Of a stretch of DNA of 64,000 nt, positions 28,981 to 45,047 are shown piece by piece. The notes under the pieces are model-generated. The model searched no databases and had not been told where the DNA came from. It saw only the letters and a program-made list of their open reading frames with translations. The stretch is from Tubulanus polymorphus (Eukaryota > Animalia > Nemertea). The translations under genes were made by a program, and so were the position numbers. Location of the stretch: contig NC_134030.1 of NCBI RefSeq assembly GCF_964204645.1, forward strand, positions 6,986,778 through 7,050,777. The letters are read 5' to 3'. Position 1 is the stretch's first letter, and each line of letters begins with the position of its first letter.

Positions 28981-30079
28981 AAAGGCTTATGATCGAATAT
29001 TGCGACGTCCAAGCGAAATAAATTTGACCGTTAAACTAATGACAACGAGACATAGAAACTTTACGTGCCACCGTGCACGTACTATCAGTCGTACTATCAC
29101 TTGAACTTTGCAGGAATAACTCATGTTTTATCTTACACGCGCTCCTACTGATATAAAAACCCACGTCTATATGTTCAAAGAGCGAAATACATGTCGTCGT
29201 CTCGAGAAAATGAATAAACCACAGATATATCTTTTAAAGATATACGCACAATTGAAGAATCGTTATATGTTCTGTAGTAACAAATACCGCATCATATTAT
29301 ATAGGATAAAACATGCACATCATAATTTTAAAACGACATAGGGTGTTATTGTTTGTTTTAATAATAGTTTCAATATATGTGTCTACTGAAATTCGTTTTG
29401 TTTGTTCTTTCATATATGAAAAATATCTGGACCCGTGGCGTTTCGTGGCATTGTGGGACATTTCTATGAATTCGCAGTATCTGTTTGTCATGATTTATGT
29501 CGCTTTCACTGGCAAATACGTCCATGGGCCTATACAATGTCCAGTTTATTTGAATCCGGGCGAGTGACTGGTGCGACTTCGCTGAAACGATTGCTGAACG
29601 AAAAGTTTGACGATTGGCGATGTCCCTCCAGGAATTTCGCAGTAGAAAGAATACACCGCGTCCATTATTACCGTAGGGTTTGAATCAGTTTAACACGCTT
29701 TTCAAGGATTATATGAAGTATTCGATCATCTTCAAATCATTGAAAAATAAATGGTAACGTTTTCTGCTATAACGCTGTAAAGATGAAACAGCGTTCCGCA
29801 ATCTCGTATCTCCGTCGAGGACCCAAATGAACACAAGTACACACCGCCTGAATGAAGCTACCAATAAAAAACAACTTCCAAGATACCTTTATGTATTTTG
29901 CTACTGCAGATATATATATTGAAAGTGTTATCGTATAACAATAAAAACTTTGAGTGTTCATCGTTATATCTCAAACAAATTACTGAAGCTGATGGTGAAA
30001 TCTGTATTCTCTAAATGAATTTGCAATATACATTGTTTTGCTATCGTCTAGATTTCAAGATCCAGCGCCGGACAGTCGG

Positions 30080-32373
30080 CTAGCAATTAACTTGCTTCTT
30101 TGCGTACTTGAACGGATCTGCGTCGGGAGTCTGAAATGAAAGAAATTTGTATTTCAGTAAGACATCTCAAAAAAATCGATACTTTGGAAGATGAAGCCTT
30201 ACCATTCGGTTGTTTGGACTGAAGTGAAAATGCTTGTTAAATCTTGCTGAATGAAGAATTGTCGATAGTTCTGAATCAACTTCCTTTGCCTCACCCGTCT
30301 GAAAAAAAATTATACATCAATGAAATGTGTGCTTTGTGGCCATGAAAACTAAATTAACGAAGCAGAATCAACTGTTCTTTGAGACTCATCGCACTAGTAT
30401 GTATATCTGCTTACAACTGCTATCTGTGCCTAGTGCTTTCAATTCTCTAATTTTTAAAACATATATTTCAACTTCGTTTTCGTCTATTCAGGAAAACATC
30501 AAGTGCAGTGGTATCAAAGGCCGACATACTATGAATTTTGTCGCGTGATCCATCAAACATGCATCCTGACAACCTTCTATTTTGCCATCGTAAGTTACTA
30601 CGCATTCCGCTTCACGGTTACGAGGCAATTTAAAGAGACGATACGTCGCTGAAACATATCCCGCTGAACCCAGTTCTTTCTTTACGTCCTCGTCTGCAAT
30701 TTCAACTTCGCTGGCAGTTATAAGACGCGGGCTACTGAACCCGCATTCGATAGCAATTTCAATCATATTTTTCCAATAAAGAGCACCTCCGATACCTTCG
30801 CCTGTGAAAAACAAAATTAGATTTTACGAAGCAAACTAGTAAAAACTGTTTTACAAAGATGGGATAGGATTATGATTTTCAGCCTACCCCAAAGGACTTT
30901 ATTATTCCTTATATGAAGGGGTATCTCTTGGTTGCAGTACATATCGCTGAAGTAAATCTCACCACCGGGCTGAAACAAAATTACAAATATCTATTCCTAT
31001 AAAGCATATTCATCGGTTGTTTTGTAATCTATAGATAACAAAACCGTGTTACTCGCTCTCAAAGCAAGTATATCAACCGAACTTTTTTAACGTAAAGTTT
31101 AATCCGATCAATACCTTCAGAGCATTGAATGCTTCTCGACATACAACCCTCTTATCCGACGACAGATTAACAACGCAGTTAGATCTAAAATGGTACGCGT
31201 GAACAATATGTTTGTAGTTTCTTTCTCATAATGTGATATATAATATCAGATTGATTTACATAATACTTACACTATTATGTCATACGAATTTTGTTCAATC
31301 CCAACTTCTCCCAGATTTTCGATAAAGGCTTTCACAAATCTGACATTAGGTTTGCTGTAGCCGAATTTTTCGGTGTGCCATGATACGTATTTGTTTGCTA
31401 CTTGCAGCTGGAAAAAATATACAACTGCTATAGTCATCAAAATCGTTACAGCATATTTGAAAATTATTTGTACAAAACAAGAAAATAATTCAGCTCTCCC
31501 GATGGCCTGAATCAACAAATCTAAAAAATCCATTCTGCGCATAGATAGTTTCATCACAGATCAAGCGTTGTATTTATCAAAATTCACTCACCAATTCATC
31601 GGTCATGTCAACGCCAGTGACATGCCCATTTTCACCGACCAGCTTACTGAGCGCGTAACAATCTCTACCGCTTCCGCATCCTAAATCTAGCACCGAGGCA
31701 CCTGTCAGACATTCCGGGAATACTAAACCACACCCGAAAAATCTAAAACAAATATAAAAAAATAAATCAATTTTGTGTGCATATTTAACATATATGATAG
31801 GACCGACGGAGCAATCCAACCTGCCGACCTTGATCACTCCCACCTCCCTGATCGGACCAATTATTTCCCAAATCAGTTCCATCACCAAATGTGTCCACTC
31901 AAATAGAGATTCTCTACTGTATGGTTCAAATGCCGGGAAAATGAATCCCTGAAGAACGAATTTAAAAGTTTTTGCATGGTGGTGGAGGTTCCTAGACCGC
32001 ACTTCCGGCGCTCTCTGGCGACACCTCCGACCTTTTGACAAATTTCCACTAATCCCCTATAGTCATACGTACCAATCGCAAACTGCTTCCGCCGGTCCTG
32101 CCGCGTAGACGCAGTCAGATCAAGATTTTTTTTTCTATTTATACATGTCGGGCCTGCCAAAAGGAGTTCCCCATAGTGCCAGTTATCACAAAAATAATTG
32201 ACTTACCGAGACGCCACATCATCGTGTACCAGTTTCAACGCCTCCAGTATATGGGGTGGCTGTTTCCTACGTGCGATTTTACACACATTTGTCTTAAGAT
32301 CATCCGACTTCGATAATGTCTTTCCGTAATATTCGCGCACATTTTCAACTATGCTTCCATCCGTTGACGCCAT
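30080..32373 (-). CDS. AS3MT: Arsenite methyltransferase-like (AS3MT) SAM-dependent methyltransferase
   Basis: Exons 32373-32207, 31742-31592, 31407-31271, 31184-31115, 30969-30888, 30801-30530, 30298-30203, 30130-30080. Motifs: VREYYGKTLSKSDDLKTNVC, FFGCGL, VLDLGCGSGRDC, GVDMT, SNCVVNL, PGGEIYFSD, LWGEGIGGALYW, SATYRLFKLP, DPF. Confidence 0.92.
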
Positions 32374-33454
32374 CTTCTCCGGGAAAGGAGCCGCGACGTC
32401 GCTACAATGCAGCCAATCATGAAACTATGTCCCACCGACGGAAAGTTTTATCTTCATGATAATGACGATTGTGCGTACGTCAGACAATCAGTATCATTAT
32501 TATTTTTTTAACCTTAAAATAGGGTTGACCTTGTTTTTATTTGATTGGTAGATTTCGTTTGATTTTTTTTGTTTGGTGTCCTTTACAAACCCACCACACC
32601 TGTCGGGAGCGAAATTATTACCGGCGGGAAAATACGAAAAACATATAACAACATTCGATGCGTCCTGGTTTTTGTATTTTTAAAGTGATGCATACGGAAT
32701 GTGGAACGGCGCGGATAACAACTTTCGCAACGATAAAAACGACCTGGTTTGATGAGATAGGCCTAAATACTATAACTCTGAGTCAAATCTGAACTCTTCT
32801 TACAACTGCGGAACTGGGTCCCGTGGATTCAAGGGTCAGAGCCTAAAAGATGTCGTTCCAAACGAAAAGATTATTTTGTTCTCACGAAAAAAGATACTTA
32901 TTTTTCATCATGTGACCGGATTTCGATACTCGAAAAACGCCTAATGAAAAACACCGAATCGGAAAACGCATAATGCCTAATTCCTAGAAAATGACCTAAT
33001 TTCGTTACTGTACTATCTACTGATCCAACTCAATTAAGATTTAAGTCCAAAAGTGGTCTTAAATCTTAAGACTGGTCTCAGGTTGTTAGATTGGCTATAG
33101 AACTAAGTTGGTCCTAGACTGGTCTAAAGTCTAAGCCATGACTGTGCAACCGGCCCCAGGCCTATGTGGAGTGAATTCACGATCAAAGAACTGAAGTGGA
33201 GTGCACATTGATCGCCGGAAATATTTTCACATGAGAATTATATTAATTCAAAATGACACGGCGTTGTTATTCAAATGGCAATTAGAGAGAAATATCAAAC
33301 ATGACATTTCTAATCACGATGTATGTACATTTTCCGATATTCAGTACGGATTTTATATGCCATATGTCATTCATAAATCGGACTACAATTAAATGTCGAG
33401 TGCGAAACACTTGATTTCAGTTCTCATGATTATTTTTCCATTAAAAAAACCAAA

Positions 33455-33872
33455 TTGCAGATGTTTTTCGTAATTCAATTTGTAAGCTTACAGAAGAGCA
33501 CTTGATTCAATCTCTTATCATTGATCTTGAGCGAAGCCTATTATACCCGCCGTGAATGAGAACAAATACGGTCCATTTGTCCTTGCAGTAAACTGTCGTC
33601 TCATTTTTCTAATTCGATATTTAGACCTAGGCACTCATCGAGTTGCACGCAAGTAAAAAAGCACTCAATGCAGATGTTGTTGGATAAAATCAATCTGTAA
33701 TCTGACAGGAGAGCACTTGATTTGATTTCTCGGGATTGATCTTGAGTGAATTCTATTATACGCACAGAAAATCGTTTATCGCAAATAAGCATAAATACTC
33801 TTCATTTGTTGTTGAAGTTATCATTTTTCTGATTCGACATTAGACCAAGGCACTCATCGAGTTATTCGCAAG
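33455..33872 (+). promoter_or_regulatory. Tandemly duplicated (~215-bp) promoter/5'UTR block of the VWD-C8 gene
   Basis: Two diverged copies share tgcagatgtt...gagcacttgatt...attgatcttgag...tcatttttct(a/g)attcga(t/c)attagacc(t/a)aggcactcatcgagtt..cgcaag. The second copy has a TATA-like cataaata (~33790) and runs into the ATG at 33873. Confidence 0.65.
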
Positions 33873-36794
<2,922 letters not shown>

Positions 36795-37902
36795 TCAGAA
36801 TGTTCCTTCGTTCAACGGTAGAGCGTCTGGTCTCATCTACGAGCAATCATATACTCCCGAAAGTGAGTGGATGGGCAGATACAATCTTAAAAGTTCCCAT
36901 TATAATAAACAGGAAACATGAACTTCGACAGTATATGATTCTTTTCTTGTTATTTGCATTTAAGTTTTTTTTACAGTCTCTTTTGATTTTAGTTGGATTA
37001 ATCTATTCATCACAGATGTTTTTTAAAGATAAGAATAGATGTTACGTAAATCAGGAAACGCCAAAAGAAATTAAATATTGATTATTTCCGTTTGCTTAAG
37101 ATGTAACGGTCGGTTAAATCCCTTAAACGACCGTTAAAGATAAACGGCTCGATGTAGGTGTAATCTCGCGTAACGACTCGTTCGAGATTCTACCAGACGT
37201 TAGGTTTAACGACTGGTTGAAATTGAACAACGTTTGAACTTTTCTTAGATACTTGAGTCTTCATTGTCTTTTCTTGGTGATTTGCAAGACGGTTCAAGCA
37301 CCAACTTAAAAGGATCACTGAGTAAATGGACAGACGCGAGGATTGCATCAACAAATTGATATCGGCAGGCTATGAAGTGCTTTCTTGGAAATTTACAGCA
37401 TTGAGATGTAGTTTCCATCAGGCAATACAAGGCCGTCGGAACAGGGGCGGCAGGGGCGGCCAAAGCCGCCCCACTTTTTTGCTTAGCAAAATTTTCCTCA
37501 AAAGCACGCTGTACCGCGTACAGCTCGTCCTTCTCTGTACTAGGTGGTTGGCCCACGACTTCTCATGCTTCTGTAAATGAGGCCGTGAAATGGCCCCAAA
37601 ACGCATCTCCGGCGATTGAATTTTCAAAATTTTTCTAGGGGAGGGCCCCCACACTCCCTTCAGAAACAAGCCTTGCCACGACGGCTCTGCAATAAAGATA
37701 AATTCTTGAAGAATCGTGTGCTTTTTTGTTGAAATTATCTACCTCTTTGTGCCCTTTCTGCTTTTTGGATCGATAAAAACGACTTCGTACCCGTTCTTGT
37801 TTTTTTCTGAATTGATTGACGAACGAAAACTGTGCTTTTTTCTTTAAAATTATCTGCCTTGTCTTGTGCATTTTTCTACTTTTGATTGACAGGGACGACT
37901 AC

Positions 37903-38960
37903 AATTTCAATTTCAATTTCAATTTATTCATCATAAATCCAAAGTATAAGATTGTGAATGAAGAAAACAACAATAACAACAAACAGACAAAAACAAAAAT
38001 GTGTGACACAAAGATGTGCACTAACAGAAAAATAATAAAAGGAGAGAGAAGTAATACAATGTCTAACATATATATGTATACAATATTATTTAAGTGATAT
38101 TTACAAGCCCATGATATATGAATTTCGCAATATTTAAGAAGATTGGTTTATTGGGATTAGTAAAGGCCGAAAGAAAAGTGTCTAGGTTTAGATTTACAAT
38201 ATCATATTTAGTTCTTAAATTATCCTGCAGTTTACAATAAAAAAGAAAATGGGATTCATCGCCGACAGCGTTACAGTGAGGGCAAATACGATTTGGTTGA
38301 GCGATGCCGAGTCTCCTTCCTTTTTCAATTATAAGGTTATGACATGACATTCGAAGTTTTGCTACTGCTGATTTTAGAGAGTGGTCTTTTAAGAATAATA
38401 AATATGGTTCTAGCTGAAATTTAGATTTCATAGTTCTATAAAAGTTATACCGGCTGTGAGTTGGATCATTTATCTCTGAATTCCAAAAAATAAGAAAACC
38501 CTGCTGCATATATTTACATACAATTCTAGTTGATCTGGTTATATTTGGATTGTGCCCTAAATTTTTTTATACAAGAAACAAAATTAAAACGAGAGTCTCG
38601 GGACGAGGATTCATGCATATCTAACAAACAAAGATAGAGCAGGGAGTTTTGATTAATTTTCATGCAATTTAACCATTCACAGAAGATAAAATTATTTCAA
38701 TGAGTATGGGAAATTGGCCAAGATCTCCAAGGAGAGGTAGAATAGGTGATCTGTTATGGAGTCCAAGGATATGACGAAGGAAACGGTTAACTGTTTTATG
38801 CATTGAGCAAAGTTTGAAGATATCACCTATATTGTCTTTTATAGAACGATCATCTCCTTTATTTAGAGTTTTAATCAAAGGTGTGACTCCCCAAACTTCG
38901 CTACCATATGTAATAATAGGTTTGGTGAGACTGTTGAAAAGTTGCAGTTGTTGGATAATG
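37903..38960 (-). mobile_element. 5'-truncated, degenerate non-LTR retrotransposon (RTE-X-like C-terminus)
   Basis: Broken ORF pieces ...YGSEVWG..., LLGDLGQFPI, KLRMSCHNLIIEKGR...RICPHCNAVGDESHFLFYC (C-terminal Zn-binding motif). On the minus strand the 3' end is AATAAA + (TTGAAA)n. Confidence 0.8.
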
Positions 38961-39068
38961 CCTTAATTTCTAAAGCCAGGAATTTGCTCGACTACAAAGG
39001 GCATTTTCCCCAAAGGGGGGTTCGTCCGAACCCCTCGAACGCCCCCGCCCCGTAAGGGCCTGTTCCCT

Positions 39069-39463
39069 TCTATTAGTACACCGTGTAATAACGACCGAAA
39101 GACCCACGATGAGCCGACCCGGGTGCGGGCCGGGTGCCGCGACATATGATGCTAAAATGATTTTGAAGAAGATTTTTGAAGAAATTTTTTATAGGCGGAC
39201 CCCTGACTCAGAGATGAAAGTGGGGAATGGTTAAGACTATGATTTTAGACATCTAACACCATTGCACTCATGGTAGCACCCATAATCATTGATTAAATAG
39301 TCATGGAATTTTACTCGGGCACACACGCGTCACTCGGGCGCAGTCGCAAATTACGTTTTAGTCATTCAATGTATTAAGTGACTGACCCCTTTTTTCAAAA
39401 CAGGAACGATGATTTAAGTCAAATATGGACCGGGCGGTCGCCGAAACGCGGCAAGCGCACTAG
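39069..39463 (+). mobile_element. Possible non-autonomous Helitron
   Basis: 3' end has hairpin gccg-aaacg-cggc, then 7 nt, then CTAG|T. A putative 5' TC start at 39069 lacks the expected preceding A. Confidence 0.4.
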
Positions 39464-39607
39464 TTATACGAAAACTGCAGCTCGAGTGTGACTTCAGTGA
39501 ACGTGTGAGACCGACGTATCGGCCAAATTTCAACATTTTCTTCAGTTTAAGAAATCAATGAAATTGAAACGAGCACTGCCGCTGGGCGGGCGACAGCTCC
39601 GAGTCGT

Positions 39608-39769
39608 CAAGTTCAAGTTCAAGTTCAAGTTCAAATTCAAATTGGGCTATGTACACAGGTCGAGAGAAAACAAACAATAAAATTTACAATTTTTTTTAAA
39701 CAAAGCACAATTATAAAAAAAGAGAGAGAGAACAATAGTTTTCAGTGTGGGCCAAGCAAAGCCTTTAGG
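39608..39769 (-). mobile_element. Short 3'-end copy of the LINE at 49082-51130
   Basis: Near-identical to 49082-49250 (ggctatgtacacagg...tcagtgtgggccaagcaaagcctttagg), with a (TTGAAC)n tail. Confidence 0.9.
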
Positions 39770-40937
39770 GTACGACGCGCCTCAGGTCTGGTCGATCAGC
39801 AGTGCTCTTGGCCTGATCCGGTCCAGGTGTCATCCATAAATAATCATTAAAATATGATTCTGATTGAATAAGATATTTTTGCATTTTATCGATGTATTAT
39901 GCCAACTTTGGTTTTATAGGGTTCATGATCATACTTTTGATCATGCAATTTCGCGGCAATGAATAACAGGTATATACCGAGGTGGCGCTAGCGGGCGGAG
40001 AACGATTATCAAATGGTATTTGGCAACTAGCAACTAGTAACTAGCAACTGGCATGTCCCTCCAGGTCTTCCATATAATTCACTAAGCGCGATGACCTATC
40101 ACTGCTTATCTACCCTCGATCTATCGGCCACAAAAAACGTCTAAAAACAGGCGGCGCGAAATTCGGAGAGGAGTTGTTGAGGAGAATCAAGTAATTTATC
40201 TCCAGTGGCCTTATTAAAGTTCTACGATATTGTTCAGCTGGCTACTGGCGCGTGTTCTACTCGTCGGCCCTATTAGTATTATAAAGCTCTCGCTCAATCA
40301 ATGACAATGACAGTGTAAACCCATTCAACAATAGAGTCAAAGAGTCAAGAGACACAATTGCGGTATATTCACACGCCCTATTGAATACGTCACCGGCTGA
40401 CCACAGTATGTATTAAGCATAGGAAACCATTCAATCACCTCCGCTCTCTCACACTGTGCAGACATGCTTCCGTGGATTCTCCTGGCGATCCCTGGCGATC
40501 TTCGCTGCGCTCCTATTCCTGCTTCCTGAGGAACGACGTCTTTATGTTTTATGTGTTACTGTTCGTCTCCGTACTGTCCTGTACTGTTCTGTGTTAATTA
40601 ATCCGTTTTATTTTTCAGCTATTAACTCGTTCTATTTTTCAGCAATTAATCCGTTCTATATTTCAGGGCCGATTTCTCTCTCGATTTTTAATATTTTATG
40701 GAACAAAACTAATATCCGAAAGCGTCGGCTCTCCTTCACCGGTCACGTGTCAAGAATGGCAGGTAAGAGTCGGCCAGGAAATGATGTCCCTACGTGCCCT
40801 CACACAGGGAATGCAAACTAGGACGACAATGCCTCACATCATTATCTGCCTACAGAGTGTACTGAGTGACGTCAATGACTCTCGAATCTATCGGATTACT
40901 AGGGGTAAAAGATTGAGTGGTGTGATACTGGTCACCC

Positions 40938-41290
40938 TTCCGGCAGGACTGTAGTTGTGTTCCGGCAACTAGTTAACACTAGTTCTGGCCATTGGTAGCT
41001 TTGGTTTTCCGGCAGAACTTCTCTTCTGAGTTGTTCCGTCCGGCAACTAGTTAACTCTAGTTCTGGCCATTGTTGACCTTTGGTTTTCCGGCAGAATTTC
41101 TCTCCTGAGTTGTTCTCCGGCAACTAGTGTGACTCTAGTTCTGGCCATTGGTCGCTTTGGTTTTCCGGCAGAACTTCTCTCCTGAGTTGTTCTCCGGCAA
41201 CTAGTTAACTTTAGTTCTGGCCATTGTTGACCTTTGGTTTTCCGGGCACTTCTATTTGTTCTCGATCGGCAACTAGTTAACTCTAGTTCG
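40938..41290. repeat. ~78-bp minisatellite (~4.5 copies)
   Basis: Unit ccggcaactagttaactctagttctggccattg...tttggttttccggcagaacttctctcctgagttgttct. Confidence 0.9.
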
Positions 41291-43187
41291 ACTCAGTTAG
41301 CTCTACTCTCTTTTGTCTTTAGCAGAGGCAGATTTGTCAGTTATTGATGCCGCCTGGCACATCCTGTAGGTAGGTGATGAATTTGAGGTGTTGGAGCCCT
41401 GGTTTGCGTTCCCCACGCGAAGGCACGTAGGGATGAGTTTTCCTGGCTGACTCATCAACTGTCGTTCTAGGCACGTGACCTGCGAAGGAGAGCTGAAAAG
41501 CTTTCGGACATTAGTTTTGTTCCGTACCAGGTTTTCATCTCCGTTCTCTCTTTTCTCTGATTTCAGGTTACCCATAAGAAGGCGATGACGAAGATACCAG
41601 GAAGACGACGAAGAAGAGATTCCAGAGATTCAACCGCCACCGGGATCTGACGACGGGTGCCAGTGAAGTTCGGCATCTCCATCCAATATCTAACAGCAAA
41701 TGACATCATTGGTTCCAAAATTTCCAATTGTGTACTTCGATTTTTCCAACAAATTCTGTAAATTTGATCACCGATCACACAACTATATCTGTACTTCGAT
41801 TTCCGAATTCAAAATCAAACCATTTCACTCTCGGCAGGTGTAATGGGTTTGTAGTAACTATCTACACCAAACACTGGAGTGTTTAAGATCTCCTAAGGCC
41901 TCCCCCTGAGTCCTCTCTCCTTTAACCCCCAATAATCATCATACTTCTGTCGTCTCTGATTTTTCTATTTCCAGGTCTGCTCGAACTCCGTCAACCCGAC
42001 ATCAAGGCACCGCCGAATTTCCAATTATGTACTTAGATTTTGAAAGAAGATTCTGTAAACTCGACCGCTGATCACACAACTATATCTGTACTTCGATTTC
42101 CGATTTAAAAACTTAGACAAAATTCTCTTTTACCTTGTAAACTTTCGGACTACATGAAAAAAAACCAAAGAATTGTATAAATTAGACAAAATTATTCAAC
42201 CTTGTAAATTTTTGGACTAATTTACATGAAGAAGACCAAATATTGTAAAATTACCTTCAACCTTGTGATATAGTTATTGCCAAAATCTCGACGGGGCCGA
42301 TTCAAATCAAACTCAAACAACCAACCCAAACAAACATAATGAACCCAGCAATCGTAAAAGGTAACATGAAATTATTACCATTAATTCTGGATGAAATATT
42401 TGTATTTACAGGATATCTTTGTTTTCTCATTTCAGCTACTGTCAATCCTATATGAAACTGCCGCGCTTGAGATCAACAACTCGTTTAAAATCTGCCGATT
42501 GGAGAACAGCGCACAGAAAAGGCCAATTTGAATCCAATTCCAACCGACCAACTTACGAGATCCTCACCGATAATGAACCCAGCAATCATAGAAGGTAACT
42601 TGATATACATGAAATTATGTTATATAATCTTATATAATGATACTGAATTGTTGTACCGACTGCTCCGTCATTACTGGATGTATAGCCCTGAAAATATGCC
42701 CGGTGGTAGATCTAGTCTTTTATCGCTTGGTTTCCATCGAAAATGTATTTTTGAATTTATGTGGTGGGCCATTTACCAAATTTTTGTAGTCTCTCCTACT
42801 GTTCACAGAGGGCGCATGGGTCTGCTGGCATAGCCACTGACTGAGACAGCCACTGTTGTCACAGTTGATACAGTACGAATTACTGCTGAGCCGGGTCATG
42901 AAACAGTTTTTCAAATGTAGCAGATGATAGAAAATGAAAAAGCAATGAACAACAAATTTGACTCATGAACCAACTTAGACAATCCTAGCCGATACTAAAC
43001 TCAGCATTGAAAGGTAGGCTGATTGACATTGAAAGTATTATGGTCAATGCTATATAAAGAGTTGTGTGAATACAGGATATTTTCTTTTTTTACTCGTTTC
43101 AGCTAAAAAATCACATCTATAAAAAAAAAGCTCAGCCTAAGATTAACTAGTCAAAAATGTTTTGAGTAGAATAGGGAACAGACGATT

Positions 43188-43327
43188 CCAACTTGAATTG
43201 AAATCATCAACTACCACAGAAGTCTAACTTGAATTGAAATCATCAACTATCACAGAAGTCCAACTTGAATTGAAATCATCAACTATCACAGAAGTCCAAC
43301 TTGAATTGAAATCATCAACTACCACAA
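43188..43327. repeat. 36-bp minisatellite x4
   Basis: Unit ccaacttgaattgaaatcatcaacta(t/c)cacagaagt. Confidence 0.92.
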
Positions 43328-43913
43328 CAAATTTAACTCATGAACCAACTTAGACAATCCTAGCCGATACTAAACTCAGCATTGAAAGGTAGGTTGATTG
43401 ACATTGAAAGTATTATGATTAATAAAGAATTGTGTGATTACCGGATATTTTTTTTCACTCCTTTCAGCCAAAAAATCACATCGATTAGAAAAAAGCTCAT
43501 ACTAAGATCAACTAACCATCTAGAATCTACCGATTAGAACAGTCAACAGAATGAGTCCAACTCGAATCGAACTCATACACCAACTGAGAACTCCTAGCCG
43601 ATACTAAACCCAGTTATCTTGAAAGGTAAATTGATTTACATGGAAATTTATTATAATTAATGCTATATGAAGATTTGTGACTTTTGTAAGATATTGTATG
43701 ATAATTGGATATCTTCTTTTACTCATTTTAGCCATAAAATCACATCTATAAGAAATAGCTCATACTAAGATCAACTAACCATCTAGAATCGAATGATTAA
43801 AGCAGCCAACAGAAGATTCCGACTTGAATTGAACTACATAGGCCTAGTAGTCCAGATGAGAAATTCAGCCAGCAGCGGTTTATCGCCCAATGATGGATTT
43901 CTTCTACAGTAGG

Positions 43914-44120
43914 TGGAGCACAGGCAATACGTGTCTTATAAACACTTATTCAGGAGCAGCAGAGACAATGCGTATCTTATAAACACTTATTCAGGAGCAG
44001 CACAGACAATGCGTGTCTTATAAACACTTATTCAGGAGCAGGAGAGACAATGCGTATCTTATAAACACTTACTCAGGAGCAGCACAGACAATGCGTATCT
44101 TATAAACACTTATTCAGGAG
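43914..44120. repeat. ~41-bp minisatellite x5
   Basis: Unit caatgcgt(a/g)tcttataaacacttattcaggagcagca(c/g)aga. Confidence 0.93.
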
Positions 44121-44862
44121 AGGCAACGTCAGTAGAATATGTAAAGTATTGATTTATTTTGAGCATTACCTTTTTACAAACCAGTCTGATGTGTAACATG
44201 GCTTCCAAAATGCGTCTTAAAATTCACTGTCTATTTGAAGAGGCGGAAAAAAAGAAATAGTTTTAATGTTGATTAATGAAAATTGAAGTTAGTTAATTAG
44301 GGCTCTGGGCCTCAGAAGGAACTATTCATATATTGATTAGGCAAAACGTTTTCAGTTTGTAAACAGATGAGTCATGTCCTTTGTAATTTGACAGAAAGTT
44401 CCTTCTGGGAGTCTCATAAAATCTACGCTCCATTAATTCATATTGTTGATAGCTTTCAACGTCTCGACTCGTAGGTCAGTTGAAATACACCTAAACTGAG
44501 ATATAGAACCGCAATGAAACTTCGCAATTCCTAATTCACTTTAATCCAATTATATCCAATCTGAATTAGTTGTACCAGTTTGTCACATGTTTGTTGTACT
44601 TGTAAATGTCAATGTGTCTTGTAAGCCATATTATTGGCTGGCTTGTCTATCGAGATGACACGTAAATAAAGATATATATATATATAGAATCAATGGGATA
44701 ATTCAGATAATCTTCATACTTAGTTAAACATAGCTTTTAATGATTTGTAATATTGACATAGTCCATTGGTCTTTATTCGATTAATCTTAGAAATAGTGAT
44801 TCATTTTATATTTCCTGAGAGTGAAAATAATTTAATGATTTGCATAGCCTAAATGTTCAAAA

Positions 44863-45047
44863 AGGAGAGCGTAGTCAGTTAACCAGTTGCAACTTTTAAA
44901 CGCAATAAAGGAAGTTGGTACATAATGACTTTGGACTCCTAAACTCACCCAGCAAGTTAATGGGTTTTGAATAAAGATTTTTTGAAAATGATTCCTTGGC
45001 CAAAAAGTGAAGGGCCGGGCCTTCAGTACAAACTGGCTACGCTCCCC
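44863..45047. mobile_element. MITE
   Basis: TIRs ggagagcgtagtcagtt / aactggctacgctcccc. Confidence 0.6.

Noticed and set aside
3745-32373. MOGAT + PLP enzyme + AS3MT as a biosynthetic (e.g. arsenolipid) gene cluster
   Set aside because: The genes are interspersed with unrelated ones (lectin, SNX) and differ in orientation. Nothing in the sequence indicates co-regulation.
43914-44120. CRISPR-like appearance of short direct repeats (also 43188-43327, 26994-27295)
   Set aside because: Head-to-tail units without unique spacers, no cas genes, eukaryotic context: these are minisatellites.
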